From positions 1,568,001 through 1,632,000 of the forward strand of contig OZ251518.1 of NCBI GenBank assembly GCA_965242965.1: 64,000 nucleotides of DNA, written 5' to 3'. Each line of letters starts with the position of its first letter. The first letter of the stretch is position 1. This stretch comes from Candidatus Poribacteria bacterium (GTDB lineage: Bacteria > Poribacteria > WGA-4E > WGA-3G). Positions 48,235 to 57,300 of the stretch are shown here, piece by piece. The notes under the pieces were generated by a model. The model had not been told where the DNA came from, did no database searches, and worked only from the letters and a program-made list of their open reading frames with translations. Both the position numbers and the translations under genes were made by a program.

Positions 48235-49515
48235 ATGAACATTTTGGTTATCGGACAGGGTGGACGCGAACATACGCTCGTCTGGAAACTCGCGCAAAGC
48301 CCACTCGTTGATAAAATGTATTGCGCGCCCGGCAACGCCGGCATCGCCGAGATAGCAGAATGCCTCACACTACCCCTTGACAATGGGTTTGCCGAACTCG
48401 TAGCGTGGGCAGAATCCGCGGACATCGGCCTCACCGTCGTCGGACCGGAGGCACCTTTGGCGGCTGGCATCGTCGATGCATTTCGCGCCCGCGGGTTGAA
48501 AGCGTTCGGGCCGGATAAACGCGCCGCGCAACTTGAAGCAAGCAAAGATTTCGCCAAACAACTGATGCTAAAAAATGGCATCCCCACGGCGGCATACCGA
48601 ACGTATGTGGACGCGGACGAAGCGATTGCGGACATCAAAGCGCGCAATGCACCCGTTTTTGTCAAGGCCAACGGGCTCGCCGCTGGCAAAGGGGTTATCC
48701 CGGGGCGCACCGTCGCCGAAGCGACGCAAGCGGTGAAAACGATTTTAGTGGACAAGGCGTTCGGGGAGGCAGGCGACAGCGTCGTCATTGAAGAGGAACT
48801 CATTGGCGAAGAGGCATCTTTTACCGTGCTTACCGATGGGGATACATGCGTACCCTTCGTTAGTTCGCAAGACCACAAGATGTCCCACGATGGCGACACG
48901 GGCAAGAATACCGGCGGAATGGGCGCGTATTCGCCTGCGCCGGTGATTACCCCCGAACTGCACGACTACGCGATGGAGCGCGTCGTTTATCCTACGATTA
49001 ACGGCATGGCGGACATCGGATGTCCCTTTAAAGGGGTGTTATATGTCGGTTTGATGATAACCGAAGCAGGGCCAAGGGTGTTGGAATTCAACTGCCGTTT
49101 CGGAGACCCGGAGGCACAAGTGCTTTTACCGCGCCTTAAAAGCGATTTGGTTCCGATGCTGCTCGCGTGTGTTGATGGCACGCTCAACGATTACGCTGAG
49201 CCTGAATGGCATGCAGGCGCAGCGGCGTGTGTTGCCATGGCTTCGGGCGGCTATCCAGACGCTTATGAAACCGGGCAGGTGATTAACGGCTTAGCGGAAG
49301 CGGAGACTCTTGAGGGTGTCACTGTTTTTCACGCCGGCACAAAACGTGATAACGGACAGGTGCTAACCGATGGTGGGCGCGTGCTAGGAGTCACCGCCGT
49401 TGCGGACGGTTTGGCATCGGCGATTCAGCAAGCGTATCGTGGCGTTGCCAAGATCAAGTTCGCCGATGCACATTTCCGCAGCGACATCGGGTATCGGGCA
49501 TTGGGGCGAAATTGA
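48235..49515 (+). CDS. purD: Phosphoribosylamine-glycine ligase
   Basis: MNILVIGQGGREH, APGNAG, VGPEAPL, GLAAGKGV, NTGGMGAYSP, EFNCRFGDPE, GGRVL. Confidence 0.97.
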   Translation: MNILVIGQGGREHTLVWKLAQSPLVDKMYCAPGNAGIAEIAECLTLPLDNGFAELVAWAESADIGLTVVGPEAPLAAGIVDAFRARGLKAFGPDKRAAQLEASKDFAKQLMLKNGIPTAAYRTYVDADEAIADIKARNAPVFVKANGLAAGKGVIPGRTVAEATQAVKTILVDKAFGEAGDSVVIEEELIGEEASFTVLTDGDTCVPFVSSQDHKMSHDGDTGKNTGGMGAYSPAPVITPELHDYAMERVVYPTINGMADIGCPFKGVLYVGLMITEAGPRVLEFNCRFGDPEAQVLLPRLKSDLVPMLLACVDGTLNDYAEPEWHAGAAACVAMASGGYPDAYETGQVINGLAEAETLEGVTVFHAGTKRDNGQVLTDGGRVLGVTAVADGLASAIQQAYRGVAKIKFADAHFRSDIGYRALGRN

Positions 49516-49605
49516 AAGGCTTGGAAATAGGATGAGTTAGGAGGCACGCGTTTTTTCTTGACAGCCTCTCCAAAATTATGGTAAAATTTCCTCAACTACC
49601 TTTTA

Positions 49606-49794
49606 GTGAACGGGGTCCGGCGGCCCTCGGGTCGCGAATTGTTGCGTTTGCAAGGCTTCCCTGAAGATTTCAAAATCGTGGGTGGCTTGATGCAATTGAG
49701 AAAGCAGATTGGTAATAGCGTCGCGATACCGGTTATTCACGCTATTGCAGAGAACATGTTGCAGGCTTTGCGGCAGCGAAAACCGATAAAATGA
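49606..49794 (+). pseudogene. C-terminal fragment of a DNA cytosine-5 methyltransferase
   Basis: RRPSGRELLRLQGFPEDF......RKQIGNSVAIPV corresponds to motifs IX/X only; catalytic motifs absent. Confidence 0.75.
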
Positions 49795-50392
49795 GGGTGT
49801 TTCATAACTCTGTAGTTCGGGAGCACCCGCTCCCGAACAGGTCAGGATCGTTTGGCAAATATGCCAGAACTTCAGACGATCCTGACCTACAGAGGTGAGG
49901 AGTCTGACTCTCCTACGGCGCACCATCGGCCGTTCGCGGAGGAATCGAGACCGGGAGGTCTCTCCTACCGGGACGCTCGCGGGGGACAGGCCCCCGCGCT
50001 ACGGTAACCGGACGGTTTCTTCACTCGCGGGGGACAGGCCCCCGCGCTACGGTAACCGGACGGTTTCTTGGCTGCAGCACGGCCCTCTTCATCGTAGGGC
50101 GAGGGACAGGCCCTCGCCGTGCTGCGGTCTATCAAACCGCTCTTTTAGGTCCGTAGGACCTGAATGTCTATAGAAAAACGTGCCGCACCCTAGCAAGGTC
50201 CGTCGGACCTTAATAAGGTTTATAGCGTTGCATCAAGACCGGGAGGTCTTTCCTACGGTTCGCCATCGGACAGTCGCGGGGAACAGGTACCGGTGTCGCA
50301 TCGAGACTGGGAGAGCTCTCCTACCAAGAGGACGCGGTATTCGCCCGCCCCCAAGGGGGATAACTACCGAAACGGAGTTATGAAACACCCTC
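49793..50392. mobile_element. Modular MITE-like element, complete, 8-bp TSD
   Basis: TIRs flanked by GATAAAAT at 49785-49792 and 50393-50400. Confidence 0.9.
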
Positions 50393-50398
50393 GATAAA

Positions 50399-50914
50399 AT
50401 GCTAACTGAACTCACCTATAACATCGCCAAATGTTGCGCGCCGCAACCGGAAACCCCAGTCATCGGCTATTTCAAAGAAGACGGCACCATCACCGTCCAT
50501 CACGCCGAGTGCGGCGCGGTGCAAGGTTTGCGAGAGGAGCGGTTACTCAAAGTATCGTGGCAGGAAATTCAGGATGCCGAAGTGCCGCAAGAGGTGCCCC
50601 TCGCGCCGGAATTCGCCGAGTTAGACGACACTGACTATTTTGTCCTCAAGCATCACCAAGAGTTCGGCATGGACTATTCCATCGTCGTTGCAGAGACGCT
50701 GCAAATTCCTTTAGAGGAGATGCATCGGCGGCACCGGAAGTTAAGAACACTCGGCGGATTGAAGCGGGTGGAAGGACGCATCATCCACTACCGAAAAAAT
50801 ATCGTCAAAGGGAAGTGGATCAAGCATCGCAACCACACCTACTATGAACTTACACCCAAAGGCAAAACGTGGATTGAGGCGTTTGAAAAATTATCTTCGG
50901 AAACTTCAATATAG
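50399..50914 (+). CDS. RelA/SpoT zinc-finger (RIS)-like domain fused to a DUF2250-like winged helix
   Basis: AKCC.P.P...VIGY.....ITVH...C..V......R.LKVSW, then DY...A..LQIPLEE...L..LG.LKRV...HTYYELT.KG. Confidence 0.65.
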   Translation: MLTELTYNIAKCCAPQPETPVIGYFKEDGTITVHHAECGAVQGLREERLLKVSWQEIQDAEVPQEVPLAPEFAELDDTDYFVLKHHQEFGMDYSIVVAETLQIPLEEMHRRHRKLRTLGGLKRVEGRIIHYRKNIVKGKWIKHRNHTYYELTPKGKTWIEAFEKLSSETSI

Positions 50915-50979
50915 CATCGGCGCAGAACGGCTTGTGTTCGGTGTCGTCGGTGGATGGGCCGCTCATAGGAGTAGAACTA

Positions 50980-52188
50980 ATGTTAACGACTCAATTGACA
51001 AATTGGCGCATCAAGGCAGAGCGTCGGAAAACCCGCGTCCGTTCTGTCATCTTGCTCTCCCTGATTTTACACATGGTGGTGGCAATCGTTTACCTCTTTC
51101 TGCCGATGAACCAGTTGGTAGAAGAGCAGGCGGATGCCTTCGCCGTTGACCTGGTGAGTGACGCGGATGCACCTAAGAAACGACGCGAAAGACCGAAACC
51201 GCCGCTGACGAAAAAATTGTATGACCCGAGCGAAGCCCTCGCGCGGAACGCAATGCAAAAGAAAATCGAGACAGCTCGGAACAAACAGGACGAAGTGATT
51301 AAATTCAGCCCGCGCGTGGTGCTCGAAGATGTGGAACTCAACAATGCACCCCTGAGTGAAACCCTTCCTGACGTAATGACCGCGGCGCAATTGCGCGATG
51401 CCGAGGCTTCAAACCTCAGTCGCCTGGTCCGGCAACCGGGCCGCACCGATGGCCGCGGCATTGTTACCGGCAGAGTCCGAGCCCGCGGCGATGGTATGGG
51501 GAGATTCCGCGGCCATCAACAGGATGGCAGTGACGGTGGACTCCTCGGCGGCGGTGGGAAAGACGGAGCCACCCGAGACAGACTCGGTATCATCGATTTC
51601 CTGAACGAGTTTGAAGGGCCCCAAAACGTCGTCTACTGCCTTGACATCTCCGCCAGCATGCAGGCAGCCGGGCTGAAAAAGTTGGAATTGGCCGTCAACT
51701 CCATCAAAGATTCTGTGATGAACCTTGGCAGCGATGATGCGTTGAACATTGTAGCGTTTTCTACAACAGCGAAAGCGATGAGCAAAAACATGCTTCCCGC
51801 GAACGCCAAAAACATAAAACGGACATCGAAATATCTGGATAGTTTCACACCAAAGCGCATTGAGGGCAACACTGGGACTAACATTCTTGAGGCACTTGAT
51901 GCGTCTTTCAAACTAGATGCTTCTGTCGTTGTTTTGGTGACAGATGGGTTACCTGTCGCGATTAAGGAGTACCCGATTGAGACAGATACCCAGAAGATTC
52001 TTGAGGTAATCCGGAAAAAGAATCTGAACAACGCGCGCATCTATGTCGTCGCGCTTGAAATCGATGTCAAACATTCCCCAGGGGCCGAGTTGCTCGTCTC
52101 TCTTGCCGAGCAACACAACGGCAAACTGAAGGTGATTAATAGCGAACTGTTGGTAGAATATGCAGACCCGGACGAACCGCTGCCGTAA
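50980..52188 (+). CDS. Membrane-anchored von Willebrand factor A domain protein
   Basis: N-terminal TM (SLILH), Gly-rich linker, DISASM MIDAS motif, GTN, LVTDG. Confidence 0.85.
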   Translation: MLTTQLTNWRIKAERRKTRVRSVILLSLILHMVVAIVYLFLPMNQLVEEQADAFAVDLVSDADAPKKRRERPKPPLTKKLYDPSEALARNAMQKKIETARNKQDEVIKFSPRVVLEDVELNNAPLSETLPDVMTAAQLRDAEASNLSRLVRQPGRTDGRGIVTGRVRARGDGMGRFRGHQQDGSDGGLLGGGGKDGATRDRLGIIDFLNEFEGPQNVVYCLDISASMQAAGLKKLELAVNSIKDSVMNLGSDDALNIVAFSTTAKAMSKNMLPANAKNIKRTSKYLDSFTPKRIEGNTGTNILEALDASFKLDASVVVLVTDGLPVAIKEYPIETDTQKILEVIRKKNLNNARIYVVALEIDVKHSPGAELLVSLAEQHNGKLKVINSELLVEYADPDEPLP

Positions 52189-52205
52189 GGTTATCCGTGA
52201 TACCC

Positions 52206-52337
52206 TTCCAACAGGATTCGTAGTGCGTGGGTCTGTCCCACGTGACTGTCTATTCTAACAGGATTTGTAGCGTGGACTTGTCCCACGTTACCATCTGTTT
52301 CAACAGGATTCGTAATGCGTGGGCCTGTCCCACGCTA
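52206..52337. repeat. Three degenerate ~46-bp tandem repeats carrying an A-like hairpin
   Basis: AACAGGATT(C/T)GTAG..GCGTGG.C.TGTCCCACG x3. Confidence 0.7.
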
Positions 52338-52359
52338 TGTCTGGACCTTAAAAATAAAA

Positions 52360-53169
52360 ATGATAAATCAAAAATCCGCAACAGGCATCATCCAACAATT
52401 TCGGTTGGATGGCAAAGTGAGCATCGTCACCGGAGCGAGCCGCGGCATTGGCCGGGCGATGGCAGAAGGGCTCGCCGGGGCAGGCTCAACACTCGTCATC
52501 GTCGGCAGGAAAATGGAGACGTTGCAACCGGTCGCCGAACAGATTGTCAAAGAGACTGAACAGAACGTCCTGCCTATCCAGGCCGATGTGAGCAATCTCA
52601 ATGAAATTGAGGCACTTGTTTCGCAAACCGTGGCGCGATTCGGTAGACTTGACATCCTTGTCAACAACGCCGGTGTCAACATTCGGAATCCGGCATTGGA
52701 ATTCACCGAGGCAGACTGGGATTTCGTCACGGATGTCAACTTAAAGGGCGCGTTCTTTCTGGCACAAGCCTGCGGCAAAGTGATGCAGGAGCAGAAAGCC
52801 GGCAAGGTGATTAACACCCTCTCGCTCACCTCCGCAATTGGCTTGCCGACGAGCGTCGCCTACACCGCTGCGAAGGGAGGCTTGCTCCAGTTAACGAAAC
52901 TCCTCGCTGTTGAGTGGGCAGAGCATAACATTCAAGTGAACGGCATTGCTCCCGGTTTCATCCGCACCGAGATGACGGCTCCCGCGCGCGAAGATAACCG
53001 TAACGAATGGATACTCAACCGCACCCCTGCATATCGCTGGGGAGAACCGGAGGATTTGGCGGGGTTGACGATATTCTTCGCCTCCGATGCATCTGACTTC
53101 GTGACAGGACAGATGGTATTCGTTGATGGCGGGTTCATGGCAGGTAGCGACTGGAGGCGGCGTTCATAA
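52360..53169 (+). CDS. Short-chain dehydrogenase/reductase (gluconate 5-dehydrogenase/KduD-like)
   Basis: TGASRGIG, NNAG, YTAAK, VNGIAPG, DGG. Confidence 0.9.
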   Translation: MINQKSATGIIQQFRLDGKVSIVTGASRGIGRAMAEGLAGAGSTLVIVGRKMETLQPVAEQIVKETEQNVLPIQADVSNLNEIEALVSQTVARFGRLDILVNNAGVNIRNPALEFTEADWDFVTDVNLKGAFFLAQACGKVMQEQKAGKVINTLSLTSAIGLPTSVAYTAAKGGLLQLTKLLAVEWAEHNIQVNGIAPGFIRTEMTAPAREDNRNEWILNRTPAYRWGEPEDLAGLTIFFASDASDFVTGQMVFVDGGFMAGSDWRRRS

Positions 53170-53170
53170 A

Positions 53171-53404
53171 ATGGAAAAGCAACAGAATCCCGCTGCCTTC
53201 GCGACTATCCACGAAATCCTCGCCGAGTTTCAGATTGAAGACGCGGTCCTCTTCGATCATACCCCTGTCTTGCGAATACAGGTATCAGAACCGCAATTCG
53301 CGCGCGCAATTGGCTTGCGCGAGACTTTGGTGGAACGGATAAAACCGCTTGGGTATCGGTTTATCGCGTTGGATTTGGAGTTTGCGAGCGGTCTTGAAAA
53401 CTAA
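53171..53404 (+). CDS. Small hypothetical protein resembling the C-terminal domain of LarE-like proteins
   Basis: RIQV......R..LVE.IK.LGYRFIALDL pattern; starts right after the SDR stop. Confidence 0.5.
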   Translation: MEKQQNPAAFATIHEILAEFQIEDAVLFDHTPVLRIQVSEPQFARAIGLRETLVERIKPLGYRFIALDLEFASGLEN

Positions 53405-53406
53405 TT

Positions 53407-54012
53407 GAGGGTGTTTCATAACTCGCTCCACGTCGCGGTGATAGCCCTCCGCGCTACGGTGAAAAAACGTGCCGATTACCGTAGGGCTTGGGCCCTCGCA
53501 TGCCACACGCGCATGCGAGCGGGTTTCCCTCGCCGTGCCTCGATCGAGAGGGAACGGCCTTGGCCTGCGTGCGTTTTTCGCGTAGGTCGAACGCTCGCGG
53601 GGCAAGACCGTCTCCCTTCACCGTAGGGCGAGGGCCTGTCCCTCGCCGTGCCTCGATCGGGGAAACGGCCTTGGTCTGCGTTCGTTTTTCGCGCGGATCG
53701 AACGCTCGCGGGGGACAGGCCCCCGCGCTACGGGCCAAGAAGGGTTTTAGGTCCGTAGGACCTTAATGTCTATAGCACGCGCAGGCCTCCAAGGCCTCAA
53801 GGTCCTTTAGGACCTTAATGTTTTCTGCTGCAGATTAAGGACCTAAAGGACCTTAGTGTTTTTTTTCGATCAGCGGATACTATAGACATGCAGGACCTAA
53901 AGGACCTGAAGAGGTTTTTTCATGCGAGTGCTCGCGGGGGACAGGCCCCCGCGCTACGGTTGGTGAGACGGCCTTGCCTAGACCCATTAGGGATCAGGCG
54001 ATCCCGAACTAC
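53407..54012. repeat. REP-mosaic cluster with an orphan left TIR
   Basis: GAGGGTGTTTCATAACTC, A variant, expanded B, B, A, E block, A, D. Confidence 0.85.
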
Positions 54013-54036
54013 AATTTTTTTATTCGCATTTTTAAT

Positions 54037-54065
54037 TTGACAAAAACGTTAAAAAATGGTATAAT
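54037..54065 (+). promoter_or_regulatory. Consensus sigma70 promoter
   Basis: TTGACA-17-TATAAT with extended TG; RBS AAGGAG and ATG at 54122 follow. Confidence 0.8.
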
Positions 54066-54354
54066 TAAGACAGTGTTTAATTTTCAATCATTTTTTCATC
54101 AATTTAAAGGAGAAAAAACTAATGAGAATCCTATTCTCTCTCATTTTCGCGGGCATTGCTGTCCGCTTGAAACCCACCGTCACCGCGTTATTGCAGCACC
54201 CGCTGCAAAGATGCCGCGCCCTTGCGCCCGCCGGTGACGCATCCAACCTGAAGACCCCCCCTCTCATCTACGCGCGTTAACTCCTGCGACTCTATGCAGG
54301 AAGGCGCAGAAGGACGGGGGACACCCGCGGTCCGCCGCGCGCATCCATCCCGTT

Positions 54355-57300
54355 TTGATAGGCTGCCTACTGCTCACATTCGGGCTGCTGACGGTGCTTG
54401 CACCGCCGGGAGAGAGCCACGACACATACACGCAAGCCGATATCGATAATGATCGCAGTGATTTCTTCACTGCGGCGTGGCTGGGCGAGGACTTGGCAGC
54501 CCATGTCTTGCATAAGACAGGGATTCGGCTGCCGAACGATTCGCCACACGGCCACGGCCATTCTACGGGTATTGATGCCTTCTTTGGTGGCGGGTTGACA
54601 GCTATCGCGCCGGATCATTTTGATATTCAGTGGATACGCATCTATAAAAATCCGAAAACCACGAAGCTGGGAGAGCTCACGAAACTGGGAGAGCTGCAGC
54701 AGGTCGGGACCTATACTCGCGGGCCCGGCGGCCCTGAGACGAATCCTGTTGTTACGCCGCCCGGTTTTGAAAAAAGGCGCGCGCGGCTGTTCCCCTCCTT
54801 CTGGAAGGACTATGAGCTGCTCTGGCATGACACAGCGCCAAAGGCATACGAGGCGGACACCTACTTCTGGGTTGATATCGATCCCGGCACCGGGCCCAGC
54901 GATCCGATGAGCGGCGGCCTGCTGGAAGATCCGAACAAACCCGGCAACAGTGGGCTTGTCACCGCCACGGAAAATAATACGGTAGTCCCCGGGGATATCG
55001 TCGCCATTGCCATCAACGTCAAACTTCGCGGCTATAAAGCGGTAAAGGAATTCATAACGCCTGAGCCTGGTGTTGATAGAGACAGTACTGCTACGCCGCC
55101 TCTAGAGTTTCCGCCACTCTTGCATAGCCAGGTTCCCGCCTACCGCAATCCCGTCTCCGGTCCCCGTGCAGTCAACTGGGAGATAAATTATGTGCCATTA
55201 TTGTTCAATGACGGTCAAAAGACGAACCCGGTAGACACTGTCTGGGCGCGCAATTTCGACAGCACCAAGGAAATCGCCGGCGGGGTCCTAATTGCAGCCG
55301 TGGGCATTCAGCATGTCGGGATACTGAATCCCAATTATCCACTGGAACGGATGCAACAGGGTGGCAGCGTCAACTACCTCAATGTCGACTCTGCGGTTAC
55401 CGCTTCGGAGTGGGGGCATCGCTTTGTGGATGGTGGCCCTATGCATGGTTACCACACCATCGTCTACCAATTTACGGTGACAAAGGCGCATGAGTCCTTG
55501 AATGCCTTGGGCAAGTGGTTGGCTGGGACAGGCAATACCGTGGTCCCGTTCAATGTCCAATACCGTACGGGTGCCGGTTTTAATTACGAATACGCTGATT
55601 TCTATGCCGTGCACCCCAAAGGGCCAGGGGAGACCGATGCCCACGGTTACACGTACGAGGACATATACGCTGACATCACAGGCATACGCAATCTGACAAG
55701 CAATCACGTGCGGGAGTTTGGATTCGCCGTGCCATTTAATGCTGATACCGATACCACGGGTAAGCGATGGGCAGATTTTCTGGACGTGTCTGACTTTATA
55801 GCGGGTGCAGCAGGCACTGGTTACATCCCCTACCCAGAGAGCACGGATATGGACAAGAGGACAGAGTATCGTGACCACAGGGTCGAGCATAAGGCTACGG
55901 ATAATCCTGCTCCTCCTGCAAATCAAGTTGGGGTATACAAACGCGGCCATGCGGCTAATGAGCCTTACTACATCACAAAGACAATCCTTGACAGAAACGA
56001 CGACGGTATTCTTGACTACCTTCCAGTAGTTGATGACGGGTTGACGACGGACACCAACTCCCATGGTCAATACGTCTCAGGTGGTCGCGTCCGGCACTAT
56101 ACTGTCTCGGAGGGTTTTTATAAGCAGGCGGGGACGCGGTTCCCTCACCACTTGCCGCCTACGTATGATGGCACTATCGACTATCCGGCGGTAATAACGC
56201 CTGTCGCCGCGATGACAGTGATAGACGTGCCGTCGGGGACACAAACCGGCCCGTTTACGGTGACATTGCGATTCCAGGAAGACTACAGTGCAGCCGGGCA
56301 TGGGCAATCCGCTGCGGCTCATGATTTGACAGACGAAGAGCTTCTCTCGACATTGCAAACTGCGCTGTCGGCAGATGTTGGGGATAGCACGGTGACGGTG
56401 AACCGTCCCGAGGCGGCGGATGCATGGTTGCGGTATCCGGTGAGGGTGGTGCCCGCGCTCGGCTTTAAAGGCGCGCTGACGTTCCAGGTGCCGGAAGATA
56501 CGGTGTTTGCCCACCTTGACCCGCTCGGCAATTTGGCATCGGCGGCTGTCACGGTGCAGGTAGACACGACGCTGCCGGCGTTGGAAGTGGGCGCGCCGGA
56601 GGTTGTTGCTCCCGAATCGGACGTGTATAACGCCGGCGATAAGCTCACCGTTGAGTTACCGTTTGCAACAACCGGTCTGACTTATGAAGGCGAGAATCCG
56701 CCGTATGTGCGGATATATCTCGGCGAACAGGTTGCCGAGAATGCGCGGGATGCCATTTGGCAGCAAGGCGAGGAGCGTTCGGGTTCCACGATTGTGCCGT
56801 TCGTTTATGTTTTGCAAGCGTCGGATGTGGCTATTTTGCAAGCGTTGGATCCGGCGGCTCAAACGGTGCATCCGGAGAGTCGTTTAGGTATTCCTGAAGG
56901 GACGCGGCTAGTGGATCGTGAAGCGGGTCTCGCGCTTCAGGGTAGCGATAGGGTGGCGGTAGGTGCGGGTGTCGTTGCGCCGCCGCTGTCGGATACGGGT
57001 GATGGCGGCTTGTCGCTGCAGGATGCGTCGGGGAGTGAATTGGGGCCCGTTACGCTCGATGTGCCGGTGCCGTCGAAGCCGCAGGTGATTTACCTACCGC
57101 CGGATGACACTGTCTCAAAGGCGGTTGCATCAACTGTGCCTCGTTCTCCCATCGTTTTCAACGAACTGGGGAATGGCAGTGATGCAGCAAATGACTGGCT
57201 AGAATTCCGCAATGTCACCGGTTCAGATGTCTCCCTAAAAGACTGGGAACTCTCCGTTGTCGCCGATGGCAAAAAGGAAGATACATCCCTCATCGTCTTC

